Assembly (NCBI GenBank): GCA_002897935.1
Contig: BDTA01000096.1
Location: 9,679 to 73,678 of the forward strand
Reading direction: 5' to 3'
DNA length: 64,000 nt
Source of the DNA: a bacterium BMS3Abin08
GTDB lineage: Bacteria > Nitrospirota > Thermodesulfovibrionia > Thermodesulfovibrionales > JdFR-85
The position numbers and the translations under genes were made by a program. Positions 1 through 10,498 of this stretch are shown in pieces. The notes under the pieces were generated by a model, which saw only the letters and a list, made by a program, of their open reading frames with translations, was not told the DNA's origin and did no database searches. Numbering within the stretch: the first letter of the stretch is position 1; each line of letters opens with the position of its first letter.

Positions 1-418
1 TTGCCGGTATCGATCAAACCTGTAAGAACCAAGGATTATGCCTTCTACCAGAATGGAAATGGGGATAGTTAGTGTCTTCAGATGTGGGGTTGAGAGGGCA
101 ACGGTTTTCAGGGACTTTTTCGAGGATACCCCTGCTATCTCTCCGCCGCATTTTCTCAGATGTTCGTCGTTGAAATCGGATTTCTTCCCCAGGCCGATTA
201 AAAATACCCTGTCCGGGGTTATTTTCCCGAAACTGTGGATTAGGCATACCTCAAGGAGGCTTCCCTTGAACTCCCCGGCTGTTATGACCCTCTTTATCTC
301 TTTATCAATTGAATCCTCAACCGGGTGGATGGTGGTCTTTTCATCTTCAAAGACAGGCAGAACCAAGGCATCACATTTTATATGTGAGTCTTTGGCATAT
401 CTGAAGCTCACCTTCATA
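1..418 (-). CDS. pepA: Leucyl aminopeptidase (M17/PepA family), N-terminal part; gene runs off the left edge of the window
   Basis: The minus-strand frame is open from ATG (418-416) to position 1. It is absent from the ORF track because it has no in-window stop. The translation MKVSFRYAKDSHIKCDALVLPVFEDEKT...RVFLIGLGKKSDFNDEHLRKCGGEIAG fits the PepA N-terminal domain pattern. Confidence 0.7.
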
Positions 419-508
419 ACAGTTACTATTTTAACCTATTCGGATGGGGTTTTACCAGAAGCACAGGAGAGAATTTTCCGGGAATCAGGCATAACATCAG
501 ACAACGTG

Positions 509-654
509 TTGATAAGATGGGGTAAATCCTTCTCAAAGAAACGATTCCGGACAAGCCGGAATGACAGAAAAACGACCGCTCTGCGCTTTAACGATTCCCC
601 GAACGCTTTCGGCGAATGACATTGTGTTTAATGTTGATGGTTTCGTGAAAAGTC
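509..654. repeat. REP-like hairpin modules (ATTCCGG-acaag-CCGGAAT; TTCCCCGAA-cgc-TTTCGGcGAA) ending in a MITE-type terminal sequence (TTGATGGTTTCGTGAAAAGTC)
   Basis: Sequence identity to modules repeated at more than 12 other intergenic loci in this window. Confidence 0.6.
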
Positions 655-943
655 TCTTCAGAGTCGATCATATCGCTCCCTTCCCGTAATTGAGGCTCCT
701 TAATCGCTGGATCCGGGTATGTAATTGCTCAATTCAGGTAAGAATTAAACGTAGAGACAGGGTGGGTAATGAAAAAATATTTTCTTTTGTGCTGAATCTG
801 ATAAAATACATGGGATAAATCCCGAAGTCCCAAGCACTTAATGACACTAAGAGGGTTCGACAGGATATTTACCGGTGACGCTCTCCTTAAATGTGAGGAG
901 GAGTTCATGCTGAACCACAAGAAATATTATCCAGGAGGTTTTG

Positions 944-1942
944 ATGCCTGAACTGAGGAAGGATCCAATTCTGGGAAGATGGGTTATTATCTCTATTGAG
1001 CGTGGTAAGAGGCCGTCTGATTTTGCCTCCCCGTTACATAAGAGGAGGGTGAGGGGGTTCTGTCCCTTCTGTCCGGGGAATGAGTATACAACGCCTGAGG
1101 AGATAATAGCATTCAGGCCTGACAATAGTGAACCTAATGCACCCGGCTGGACTCTGAGGGTCGTTCCCAACAAGTTTCCCGCACTTCAGACAGAAGGTGA
1201 ATTAAACAAATCAGGTGAGGGTATCTTTGACAAGATGCAAGGTATTGGCGCCCATGAGGTTATTATTGAGACGCCTGATCATCTCTCTTCTCTTTCCAGG
1301 ATGGCTCCGGAGAGGGTTGAGGATGTACTGTGGGCATACTACAGGAGAATAAACGATCTTAAAAACGACCGGAGGATTAAGTATGTCCTTGTTTTCAAAA
1401 ACGAAGGTGAGGCTGCCGGGGCTTCCCTGGAGCATACGCACAGCCAGTTGATAGCGTTACCGATCGTTCCAAAGACAGTCAGGGAAGAACTGAATTCATC
1501 AAGGTCTTATTTTGATATGAAGGAGAGATGTATTTTCTGTGATGTTATTATGCAGGAACTTGAGGACAAAAAGAGGCTGGTGCTTGAAAATGAGGATTAC
1601 CTTGCGATTGCCCCTTATGCTCCCAGGGCTCCTTTTGAGACATGGATACTCCCGAGGAGACATGAGTCCTTCTTCCAGCCCCTTAACGACAGTTATAAAT
1701 CTCTCGCCGAAATCCTTCAGGGGGTGCTTAAACAACTGGACAGTCTGCTTGATATTCCCCCGTACAATTTTATGATTCATACCTCACCCTTTACCGGCGA
1801 GGACAACGAGTATTACCACTGGCATATAGAGGTGATGCCGAAACTTACGAAGATCGCAGGTTTTGAATGGGGCTCCGGCTTCTATATCAATCCGACCCCT
1901 CCGGAGGAAGCAGCCCGTTATATGAGAGAGGTCGAAATTTAG
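944..1942 (+). CDS. galT: Galactose-1-phosphate uridylyltransferase family protein (HIT superfamily; could be a nucleotide-sugar phosphorylase)
   Basis: AGGAGG lies 5 nt upstream of the ATG. Motifs: N-terminal 'RKDPILGRWVIIS', zinc site 'CPFCPGNE', catalytic 'EHTHSQL' (HxHxQ). Confidence 0.8.
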   Translation: MPELRKDPILGRWVIISIERGKRPSDFASPLHKRRVRGFCPFCPGNEYTTPEEIIAFRPDNSEPNAPGWTLRVVPNKFPALQTEGELNKSGEGIFDKMQGIGAHEVIIETPDHLSSLSRMAPERVEDVLWAYYRRINDLKNDRRIKYVLVFKNEGEAAGASLEHTHSQLIALPIVPKTVREELNSSRSYFDMKERCIFCDVIMQELEDKKRLVLENEDYLAIAPYAPRAPFETWILPRRHESFFQPLNDSYKSLAEILQGVLKQLDSLLDIPPYNFMIHTSPFTGEDNEYYHWHIEVMPKLTKIAGFEWGSGFYINPTPPEEAARYMREVEI

Positions 1943-2083
1943 AACGGACTGGATTGATTCCGGTTTTAGGCGTTTTGACGTGAATTGGGTAGTTCCTTTA
2001 TTTACAGCAGGGAAACAAATGCCCGATGCGGTTATGCCCGACATGCTTGCAATCGCTTAAGCCGTGTCTGAAATGGATCGTTT

Positions 2084-3523
2084 ATGAAGGTGCTGATAGT
2101 TTCAAGCGAAGCCGTTCCCTACTGCAAGACCGGAGGTCTTGCTGATGTCGTGGGAACCTTATTGCGTGAGCTTAATGCCGCCGGTATAGATGCGTGGCTG
2201 TTTCTCCCTTTCTACAGTAAGGTTATCAATAAGACCGGGATTGAGGACACAGGGCTCAGGTATGCCGAGACGATTAAGGGGAAGGTCTTCGAAGGGGCAC
2301 TGTTGAGGCACAGGAAGACCTACTTTGTTGATGCCGGATACCTTTTTGACAGGGACGGGATCTATGGTGACGACAGTGGTGACTACCACGACAACCACCT
2401 CAGGTATTCGTTTTTCTGTCGTGCCGTAATATACTTTCTGAAGGCCCTCAATTTCAGGCCCGACCTGATCCACCTTAACGACTGGCAGACCGCCCTGATC
2501 CCTCTCTACCTGAGGGACAGAGGCCTGGATGATGCTTTTTATAGGGGTATAGCTACGGTCCTGACCATTCACAACCTCGGCTATCAGGGCGTGTTTCCTG
2601 CCGAGACAATAATCACGCTCGGTATAGACAAGTCGCTCTTTAATCCAGAGGGGATTGAATACTATGGTAATGTTAACTTTCTGAAGGCAGGGATACTCTT
2701 TGCGGATTTCATCACCACTGTCAGCCGGAAGTACGCCGATGAGATAACAACGGCTGAATACGGTTTCGGGCTTGATGGTGTCCTGAAGAAGAGGAAGGGG
2801 GCGGTTTTCGGGATTCTCAACGGCATAGATTCTTCCACGTGGTCTCCAGAGCATGACCGGTTTATCCTGAGAAATTATTCCGTGGATGACCTCAAAGGCA
2901 GGGCATATTGCAGGTTCCGGCTTATAAGGGAGTGTAAAGTCGAGGTGCGAGGTGGCTACCCGGTCTTTTCATTCATAGGAAGAATAGCCTCACAGAAAGG
3001 CGTTGATCTTATATTAAAGATTCTTCCATGGATGATGGACAGGGGATTATCGCTGATAGTTCTCGGCACCGGAGAGGCGGAACTGGAGAAAGGGCTCAAA
3101 AAATTCTCATCGGACTATCCGGGGAGGATTTATATAAAGAACAACTTTAGCGAGCCCTTTGCGCATGCACTTTATGCCGGCTCAGACATCGTGCTGATGC
3201 CTTCAAGGTACGAACCCTGCGGGCTTGTGCAGATGATCGCACTGAGGTACGGAGCTATTCCTGTTGCAAGAAATACGGGTGGGATATCAGATACGGTGGA
3301 GGACTACGATGTGTTTGATGATACCGGTACAGGATTTCTCTTCGACGATTGCAGTGCATCTTCACTGCTTGAATCACTGAAGAGGGCGGTAACGGTGTAT
3401 GTTATGAGGAAGAGATGGCGCTCTATAATGAAGAGGGGAATGAAAAGGGATTTCTCCTGGAAGCATTCTCTCTCGGAATATATTGACCTCTATAGAAGGG
3501 CGATTAAGGGGGAGGTTCGATGA
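2084..3523 (+). CDS. glgA: Glycogen/starch synthase (ADP-glucose type)
   Basis: N-terminal 'SSEAVPYCKTGGLADVVG' (KTGGL motif), 479 aa, GT5-like C-terminal 'PSRYEPCGLVQM'. Confidence 0.9.
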   Translation: MKVLIVSSEAVPYCKTGGLADVVGTLLRELNAAGIDAWLFLPFYSKVINKTGIEDTGLRYAETIKGKVFEGALLRHRKTYFVDAGYLFDRDGIYGDDSGDYHDNHLRYSFFCRAVIYFLKALNFRPDLIHLNDWQTALIPLYLRDRGLDDAFYRGIATVLTIHNLGYQGVFPAETIITLGIDKSLFNPEGIEYYGNVNFLKAGILFADFITTVSRKYADEITTAEYGFGLDGVLKKRKGAVFGILNGIDSSTWSPEHDRFILRNYSVDDLKGRAYCRFRLIRECKVEVRGGYPVFSFIGRIASQKGVDLILKILPWMMDRGLSLIVLGTGEAELEKGLKKFSSDYPGRIYIKNNFSEPFAHALYAGSDIVLMPSRYEPCGLVQMIALRYGAIPVARNTGGISDTVEDYDVFDDTGTGFLFDDCSASSLLESLKRAVTVYVMRKRWRSIMKRGMKRDFSWKHSLSEYIDLYRRAIKGEVR

Positions 3524-6500
3524 GTATCAGGTTGAAGCTCCTGGTGTTTCTGCTTGCCTTTCTTCTGATAACGGCCCTCTTTGGTCTTGGCAGCGTCTAT
3601 GTCTTCGATAAAATGACCGGCAATCTTGAACTTATGAACAGGGTTGCAGTCGAGCACGATCTCTATGAAGAACTGAAGACGTCTATTATCAGGTATTCTG
3701 CAAATGCCAAGGACTGGGCCTATTTCGGCAAAAAGAAGTATCTCTTCCAATACAACAGCGAACGCGATACGATTCTAAAGAACTTCGGGGACGTAAATGA
3801 TGTTGTAAAGGACAAGGAACGCCTCTCGAAGGTGGGGAAGCTATTTGAAACACTGGATAGCATTGCTTCCGAGATTTTCTCCTACAGGAACCCCTTGGGC
3901 AATGTCGCCGTGATGCATCTTATAAGGCAGTTCGATGACGTGGAATTAAAGCTCCTCACTACTATCGAGGAGATGGAGGTATCCTCCATAGATGAAATAA
4001 GGAAGGCTGTAAAGGAGTCGGGAGAGCTGAAGAAGTCCCTGTCGGAGTATGTTGCCCTGGTAATATTTTTTACGGTCTTTTCCTTCGTGTTTTTGATCCT
4101 TCTTATCACGAGGTCAATCGGGAAGCCCTTCAGGGAACTGCTGGAGCTTACCGGGGGCATGAATGTGGAGGACATACATGACGGGGCTGAAAGAATGGGG
4201 ACTGACGAGTTCGGGGTTATAGCGAGGCGCTTCGGTGCAGTGGTCAATAAACTGAGGGACTCTGAGGAGACCCTCAAGAAAAGACTCTCTGAGACGGAAC
4301 TGCTCCTTGAGGTTACCAGGATAGCAAGCGCCACGCTCGGTCTGCAGGATTCATTAAGAATGATTGCTGAAACAGTAGCAAAGAGGATGGAGTTTGACTA
4401 CGTTGCCATATATCTACTCGATAACGAGACCATGAAATTCCATCTGCAGGCATCCAATGATGATGTTTTTGAGGATACGTTTGAATTCAGCGGCAACGGT
4501 ATGTGTAGTGAGATGAAAACAAAACCCGATGGTTCCGAAATGATAGCGCCATGTAAAGCGGATGCCCCGTGTATAAAAGATAAAATCGGGGCTCTCTTCG
4601 CTATTCCTGTAATAAGGGATGGGGTATGCAAGGGAGTCCTGGTTGTCGGTATTGCCAAGAAGAGGAGTTTTACCGGGAGTGAAATCAATGTTATCAGAAT
4701 ACTTGCCCACTCCATCAGCACAATAATAAAGAACTCGGAACTATATACATCTGCAATAAGCCAGCTCAACAAAATCACGGTCCTCTATGAACTCTCAAAT
4801 GCCCTGACGGTTGTCCTTGACCTGGATGAGTTACTGAAGAAGGTCTCTTACGATGTCAGCCGTCTCCTTTCGGCAAAGGGATGTATAATCAGGATGAAGG
4901 AGGGCGATGTACTGGAGATCAGGGCACATTATGGGATTCCTGCCGGGATTGTAGAAGATATGGAACTGCAGGTTGGGGAGGGGTTAGCCGGAAAGGTGGC
5001 CGAGACGGGAAGGGCATTAATCGTGGAGGATGTCGCCGAGATGCCGGAGGACGTGAGGGTGCCCAAGCTTAAAGTCAAATCCGTGATTTGCATCCCCCTC
5101 AAGATCGCTGATGAGGTGGTAGGAACCCTTGGCCTCTATGACAAGATGGATAAGGACGGAGAGGTTGTTTCCTTTGGCTATGATGATCTGAAGACTACGG
5201 AGGGTTTCGGCTATATAGTTTCCCTCGCTATCGAGAAGGTAAGGCTGTTCGAGTTGCATGTCAAGAAGGAGAAGGAGGCCCTTGAGGCCAAAAAGCGGCT
5301 TGATATCCTCTTTGACAGCGTCCAGAGCGGGATTGTGACCCTTGACAGAAGCTACCGGATTCTCTCCGTTAACAGGTTTATTGAAGAGTTCCTGAACCTC
5401 AAGGCAGAGGAGATAGTAGGCAAGGATGCCGTAAGGGTCTTTCATGACAAGGGGGGTATATGTCCGCACTGTGTGGCCAAGCTCACCTTCGAGACCGGGG
5501 ATATCAACCTCATTACGCAATCAAAGGGTGCAAATTATGCCGAGCTGGGTTCCTACCCGGTATACGATGAGGACGGCAAGGTTTCCGAGGCCGTTGTTCT
5601 TGTACAGGACATTACAGACAGGGTCCTGTATCAGGAGGAGATTATTACGCTTTACCGTGAAGTTGCCCAGACAAAGGAGTATCTGGAGAGTCTTATTGAC
5701 AACTCTGCCGATGCAATCGTTACCACCGACCTTAAGGGAATTGTGACGTCCTGGAACAGGGGAGCCGAGAGGATCTACGGCTTTACCGAAGAGGAGGCCA
5801 TGGGGGCGTTTCTGCCGTTTATACCTGATTTTATGCTCGATACGGAGATGCAGTACATTGAGAGGATCATGGAGGGGGAAACCATAAAGGATATGGAGAT
5901 GATGAGAAAACGGAAGGATGGTTCCATGATTGAGGTGAGCCTGACCCTTTCACCTATTAAGGATGCAACGGGAGAGGTGATAGGCATAAGTGGTATCTCA
6001 AGAGACATCTCGGAGAAGAAGAAGGTCGAGAAAGAGCTGATCAGGAGGAACCAGGAACTCTCAAGGCTGTTTTTTATCAGTTCTGCAATGAGAGGGACGC
6101 TTGAAGTCGAGAGGCTTTTAAGGATGGTCCTTACAGCGGTCACGATGAGTGACGGACTCGGCTTCAACAGGGCCATACTCTTTTTAATCAATGAAGAAAA
6201 GGGCACGTTGCATGGAGTTATGGGGGTGGGTCCGTCAACCTCGGATGAGGCATGGCAGATATGGGAACAGCTCTCGCTGGAGAAAAAAACGCTTCCCGAG
6301 ATCTTGAGAGAGATAGATGAGGGTCCGTTAAGGAAGGATTCTTTCCTCGACAGGTTGAGCACCGGACTCGAGGTGCCCGTCAAGGGAGAGAGAGGGCTTT
6401 CCTTTGCAATTAACGAGAAGCAGAGCGTTAACATCAAGGACGCAAGAAATGATCCCCTGGCCGATCCCGAGATTATACAGCAGCTTGGTTCCGAGGCCTA

Positions 6501-7716
6501 CGCTATTGTCCCCTTAATTGCAAGGAATAGGGTGATAGGTGTGCTCTGGGTTGACAACTACTTTAACCGCAAACCTATAACAGAGGAGGATATGAGGTTC
6601 CTTGCCGGTTTTTCCGACCAGGTTGCCTCTGCAATAGAGAGTGCAAGGTTGTTCGAACAGGTCAAACTTGCTGAGATGGAACTGGAGAATATCTTTGAGT
6701 CCATATCAGACCTGCTTTACATTACTACCGAAGATTACACGATCAGAAATATCAACAAGGCGGTAGTGGAAAAGGTGGGCAGGCCCAAGGAAGAAATAAT
6801 CGGCCGTAAGTGTTACGAGATCTTTCATGGTATGGACAGGCCTTATGAAAGGTGCCCCCACCACAAGACGGTGACGACGAGGAAGGCCTATATAGAGGAA
6901 TTTGAAGACCCTTACAGGGGAGGCACAATGCTGACGTCGACATCTCCTCTTTTTGATGGAAGGGGGGAGTTTATAGGAACCGTCCATATCGTCAGGGACA
7001 TAACGGAATTACAAAGGCTCAGGGAGAGGCTCTCCCAGGCGGAAAGGATGGCAACGCTGGGAGAGGTTGCAGCCAAGGTCGCTCATGAGATCAGGAACCC
7101 CCTCGTATCCATCGGTGGCTTTTCCAGGAGGCTCGAGGGAAAGCTCGAAGGTCAATTGAAGGATTATGCAACGGTTATAACAAGGGAGGTGGGGCGGCTC
7201 GAGGGAATTCTTAGGGATATTCTGAGTTTTGTCAGGGATGTAAGGATCAAGAAGGAGAATGTGCAAGTGGTGGACATCCTGAAAGAGATAATATCCCTTT
7301 ATTTGCATGAAATCAGGAAGAAGGGTATTGTGCTGGAAACCGATTATCAGGACCCTCTTTATCTTTATATCGATCCGAACAGGATGAAGGAGGCGCTTAT
7401 CAACATAATAGGAAATGCAATACAGGTGCTGAAACATGAGAACCTCCTTAAGATCACGACTTACAGGTCTGATGGCTATGGTATAATTGAGGTTAGTGAC
7501 ACCGGGCCGGGAATAGAGGAGAAGGACCTTCCCTTTATATTTGACCCCTTCTTTACCACCAAGATCGATGGTACCGGTCTCGGACTTGCTATAACACACC
7601 GGATAGTAGAGGAACACAAGGGAAGAATCGAGGTATCAAGCGAAAAGGGAAAAGGAACAACCTTTAAGATATATCTGCCTTGTAAAATAAAAGAAACCGG
7701 GGGTGAGGAATTATGA
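3520..7716 (+). CDS. Large membrane sensor histidine kinase (2 TM, HAMP-like linker, several GAF and PAS domains, HisKA + HATPase_c)
   Basis: The start overlaps the glgA stop (ATGA). TM helices lie near residues 5-27 and 178-200. H-box 'AAKVAHEIRNPL'; ATP-lid motifs 'DTGPGI' and 'GTGLGLAI'. 1398 aa. Confidence 0.9.
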   Translation: MSIRLKLLVFLLAFLLITALFGLGSVYVFDKMTGNLELMNRVAVEHDLYEELKTSIIRYSANAKDWAYFGKKKYLFQYNSERDTILKNFGDVNDVVKDKERLSKVGKLFETLDSIASEIFSYRNPLGNVAVMHLIRQFDDVELKLLTTIEEMEVSSIDEIRKAVKESGELKKSLSEYVALVIFFTVFSFVFLILLITRSIGKPFRELLELTGGMNVEDIHDGAERMGTDEFGVIARRFGAVVNKLRDSEETLKKRLSETELLLEVTRIASATLGLQDSLRMIAETVAKRMEFDYVAIYLLDNETMKFHLQASNDDVFEDTFEFSGNGMCSEMKTKPDGSEMIAPCKADAPCIKDKIGALFAIPVIRDGVCKGVLVVGIAKKRSFTGSEINVIRILAHSISTIIKNSELYTSAISQLNKITVLYELSNALTVVLDLDELLKKVSYDVSRLLSAKGCIIRMKEGDVLEIRAHYGIPAGIVEDMELQVGEGLAGKVAETGRALIVEDVAEMPEDVRVPKLKVKSVICIPLKIADEVVGTLGLYDKMDKDGEVVSFGYDDLKTTEGFGYIVSLAIEKVRLFELHVKKEKEALEAKKRLDILFDSVQSGIVTLDRSYRILSVNRFIEEFLNLKAEEIVGKDAVRVFHDKGGICPHCVAKLTFETGDINLITQSKGANYAELGSYPVYDEDGKVSEAVVLVQDITDRVLYQEEIITLYREVAQTKEYLESLIDNSADAIVTTDLKGIVTSWNRGAERIYGFTEEEAMGAFLPFIPDFMLDTEMQYIERIMEGETIKDMEMMRKRKDGSMIEVSLTLSPIKDATGEVIGISGISRDISEKKKVEKELIRRNQELSRLFFISSAMRGTLEVERLLRMVLTAVTMSDGLGFNRAILFLINEEKGTLHGVMGVGPSTSDEAWQIWEQLSLEKKTLPEILREIDEGPLRKDSFLDRLSTGLEVPVKGERGLSFAINEKQSVNIKDARNDPLADPEIIQQLGSEAYAIVPLIARNRVIGVLWVDNYFNRKPITEEDMRFLAGFSDQVASAIESARLFEQVKLAEMELENIFESISDLLYITTEDYTIRNINKAVVEKVGRPKEEIIGRKCYEIFHGMDRPYERCPHHKTVTTRKAYIEEFEDPYRGGTMLTSTSPLFDGRGEFIGTVHIVRDITELQRLRERLSQAERMATLGEVAAKVAHEIRNPLVSIGGFSRRLEGKLEGQLKDYATVITREVGRLEGILRDILSFVRDVRIKKENVQVVDILKEIISLYLHEIRKKGIVLETDYQDPLYLYIDPNRMKEALINIIGNAIQVLKHENLLKITTYRSDGYGIIEVSDTGPGIEEKDLPFIFDPFFTTKIDGTGLGLAITHRIVEEHKGRIEVSSEKGKGTTFKIYLPCKIKETGGEEL

Positions 7717-8060
7717 AGATACTCGTTGTTGATGATGATCCTTCGATCAGGATGCTGTACAAGGAGGAGCTTGAGGATGAGGGGTATGATGTCGTCGTAG
7801 CAAGTTCCGGCAAGCAGGCTATAGAACTCTTTCAGCGGGAGAACCCCGATCTCGTGACCCTTGATATCCTTATGCCTGATATGGACGGTATCCAGGTCCT
7901 GAGAAAGATGAAGGAGATAAAACCCCGTCTCCCCATCGTAATGTCTACGGCATACGATTACCGGGATGATTTTGCGGTATGGGCATCAGAGGCATATGTG
8001 GTGAAGTCATCCGACACAACCGAACTTAAAGATACGATCAGGAAACTTTTACAGAAATAA
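7713..8060 (+). CDS. Single-domain response regulator (CheY-like receiver)
   Basis: Motifs 'ILVVDDD', phospho-acceptor 'VTLDILMPDMDG', 'MSTAY', 'YVVKS'. The start overlaps the kinase stop. Confidence 0.9.
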   Translation: MKILVVDDDPSIRMLYKEELEDEGYDVVVASSGKQAIELFQRENPDLVTLDILMPDMDGIQVLRKMKEIKPRLPIVMSTAYDYRDDFAVWASEAYVVKSSDTTELKDTIRKLLQK

Positions 8061-8061
8061 T

Positions 8062-9273
8062 ATGAGATTTGAAGCATCTGTTCCACTTTATGGAGGCTAT
8101 GTCCTGTCACGCAGAGAGGGAGTGGTGTTTCTAAAGGGCGCCCTCCCCGGAGAAGTGGTCGAGGCGGAAATTACAGAGAAGAAGAGGGATTACTCGGTTG
8201 CTGAGGTCAGAGAGGTGCTGGAGCCTTCAGCCGACAGGGTGAGCCCCGCCTGTGGTGTATATGGCATCTGCGGGGGATGCCACTACCAGCACATATCCTA
8301 TTCCGGCCAGGTCAGGGTGAAAGAGGCAGTACTGAGGGATGTGCTTAAGAGGATAGGGAAGATAGAGGTCAATCTTGATTCCTCCATTGTCTCCGAGCCA
8401 TGGCATTACAGAAAACGTGTGCAGTTCAAGGTTTCAAAAGAAGGGGCTGTTGGGTTTTACCGGCCCCTGTCACATGATGTCGTACAGTTGAAGACCTGCA
8501 TGCTTCTTTCCCCCGAGTTGAACGTGGTCTTAAGCAGGCTGAAGAACTCCTGCCTGCCTGTTGGCGTCAAGGAGTTGTTGCTGCAGTGTGGGGATGTGCT
8601 TGCAGCGAGGTTATATGGAAAGGAAGTTGCCCTTGACAACGCCAAAGCGGACCTCGGAAGAGCTGGTGTATCAGTTGTGCCGGCCACCGGAGAGGGAAAC
8701 AACGGGGATGTGGGGAGGATGTGCCTTGACCTATGTGGATACCACTATATGGTAACCCCCGGATCTTTTTTCCAGAGTAACTGGAGTGTGAACAGAAAGC
8801 TTGTGTCAGTTGTTGCATCCCTTGTTTCCGCCTTAGCCCCGAGGAGGGTTCTGGACCTCTATGCCGGGGCTGGAAACTTCTCCATTCCCCTCTCAAAGTA
8901 CTCAGCGGAGGTGGTTGCAGTTGAGGAAAACCCTGTTTCATATGGTGACGCTATGGAGAATATCAGGATCAACGGTCTGGAGAATATAAAGTTTCACAAC
9001 AGGAAGGTTGAATCCCTTAATATCAGGGGGCATGTTGATGTTGTGGTGGTAGACCCTCCCCGCACCGGGATATCCAAAGGGGTGATGAAGAAACTGCAAG
9101 CCGTCATGCCCCGGTGGATTTTCTATATCTCATGTAATCCGGCCACGTTTGCCCGTGATCTCAACAGGCTGTCGGATATCTATGATCTGGAATCCGTGAG
9201 GTTGGTTGATATGTTTCCCCAGACCTACCACATCGAGACACTGGGTGTGTTGAGAAGTGGACAGGAGAAGTGA
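8062..9273 (+). CDS. RumA/TrmA-family RNA (uracil-5-)-methyltransferase with Fe-S Cys cluster
   Basis: Motifs: 'CGVYGICGGCHYQH' Cys cluster, SAM site 'VLDLYAGAGNFSIPL', 'VVDPPRTG', catalytic 'YISCNPATFARD'. Confidence 0.85.
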   Translation: MRFEASVPLYGGYVLSRREGVVFLKGALPGEVVEAEITEKKRDYSVAEVREVLEPSADRVSPACGVYGICGGCHYQHISYSGQVRVKEAVLRDVLKRIGKIEVNLDSSIVSEPWHYRKRVQFKVSKEGAVGFYRPLSHDVVQLKTCMLLSPELNVVLSRLKNSCLPVGVKELLLQCGDVLAARLYGKEVALDNAKADLGRAGVSVVPATGEGNNGDVGRMCLDLCGYHYMVTPGSFFQSNWSVNRKLVSVVASLVSALAPRRVLDLYAGAGNFSIPLSKYSAEVVAVEENPVSYGDAMENIRINGLENIKFHNRKVESLNIRGHVDVVVVDPPRTGISKGVMKKLQAVMPRWIFYISCNPATFARDLNRLSDIYDLESVRLVDMFPQTYHIETLGVLRSGQEK

Positions 9274-9277
9274 GGGC

Positions 9278-9763
9278 ATGGCGCCTTTTTGTGAAACGGG
9301 TTCTGCGGAGATACACGAGGTTGTAGTGAGTGAAGATGCCCGTTCAAGGGACGCCCATATGGAGGTTTTCAGGCTCCGCCGTGATGCCTATCGTTACATG
9401 GGCGGAGACCTCTACGGTGCACTGACAAGGTCTGTCGTGGGAGGAGCCCTTAGGGTTCATGTGAGCTGTGGGTGGAAGTGGCTTTTGAGGCTCACCTTTG
9501 GTCGGAGGGACTTCGGTAAGGGCGAACTTGTCTCGCTTCTTAAGACCGCCGGTCTTACCGATGATGATTTGAGACCCTTCCGGACTGCCAATCCTGATGA
9601 CATATTTTATTTTCTCTATTATGGAAAGAGGTTTGATGTTTTGAGGAGGCTCTGCAGAAGTGCAAAGAGGCGTTCCGAGGAATTGCCGGAGACAGGTGCT
9701 GCGAAGATAGAGTTCCATCTCGTTGCCCCTGAAGACAGTCGGATTATTGCAAGCAGTATCTGA
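9278..9763 (+). CDS. Hypothetical protein
   Basis: Long ORF with no recognisable motif. An antisense ORF (9344-9808) competes with it. The start was chosen at the first ATG after the rumA-like stop. Confidence 0.35.
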   Translation: MAPFCETGSAEIHEVVVSEDARSRDAHMEVFRLRRDAYRYMGGDLYGALTRSVVGGALRVHVSCGWKWLLRLTFGRRDFGKGELVSLLKTAGLTDDDLRPFRTANPDDIFYFLYYGKRFDVLRRLCRSAKRRSEELPETGAAKIEFHLVAPEDSRIIASSI

Positions 9764-9838
9764 AGGTGTTAAAGGCCCCTTCGTGCAAGGGCAGGTCTGG
9801 AGATACATAAATCTGAAACTGAAGATTAAGGTGTGGTT

Positions 9839-10462
9839 ATGAAAAGATATGTCATGGCAATTACCGGGGCCTCCGGTTCAATAATAGGCCTGAGGGTCCT
9901 TGAGACGCTCATTCAGCATGCTGATGTTCATCTTGTAATTTCCGATGCGGCCAGGCCTATCCTGCAGGATGAAGCAGGGATTCCCTCCGGGAGAGACCTC
10001 AGGGATGAGATCCTGAACCGTCTCGGGAAAAGGGCCGGATTAAAGAGGGATGAAATAAACAGCAGGTTGGTATTGCATGATGAGGATGATCTCTGGGCTC
10101 CTGTCTCGAGCGGTTCTTACAGGACGGACGGGATGCTCATAGTTCCCTGCAGTATGAAGACCCTTTCAGCCATAGCAAACGGTTATGCCGACAGCCTCAT
10201 CACGAGAGCGGCAGATGTTACTTTAAAGGAGGGGCGGTCTCTTGTGATATCTCCAAGGGAGACCCCGCTGAACAAGATACATCTTGAGAACATGCTGAGG
10301 CTCTCAGGTATGGGGGTCAGGATTGTGCCGCCTGTAATGGGCTTTTATCATAAACCTGCGGGGATCGACGATATGATAGATTTCATAGCAGGCAGGATTC
10401 TCGATCAGATAGACGTAAGCCACGGTCTTTATGAGAGATGGCAGGCAAAAAGCGGAGAATAA
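9839..10462 (+). CDS. ubiX: Flavin prenyltransferase UbiX
   Basis: Motifs 'AITGASGSIIGLRVLE' and 'MLIVPCSMKTLSAIANGYADSLITRAADV'. About 207 aa. Confidence 0.9.
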   Translation: MKRYVMAITGASGSIIGLRVLETLIQHADVHLVISDAARPILQDEAGIPSGRDLRDEILNRLGKRAGLKRDEINSRLVLHDEDDLWAPVSSGSYRTDGMLIVPCSMKTLSAIANGYADSLITRAADVTLKEGRSLVISPRETPLNKIHLENMLRLSGMGVRIVPPVMGFYHKPAGIDDMIDFIAGRILDQIDVSHGLYERWQAKSGE

Positions 10463-10498
10463 AACTTGATGAACCCGTAAAAAGTCCATAGCGCCGTT

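Noticed and set aside
38-619. 193-aa plus-strand ORF at the left edge (also 14-247 minus).
   Set aside because: The opposite-strand frame from ATG 418 to position 1 translates to a convincing PepA N-terminal domain. The right end of the plus ORF runs through hairpin repeats (the '...FRTSRNDRK...' type of spurious peptide).
2159-2854. Long antisense ORFs inside well-supported genes, for example 2159-2854, 5775-6437, 7009-7617, 25391-25924, 36511-37278, 38012-38677, 49886-50482 and 61076-61576.
   Set aside because: Each is a shadow of a gene with clear family motifs on the other strand. The translations are low-complexity or Ser/Pro/Arg-rich.
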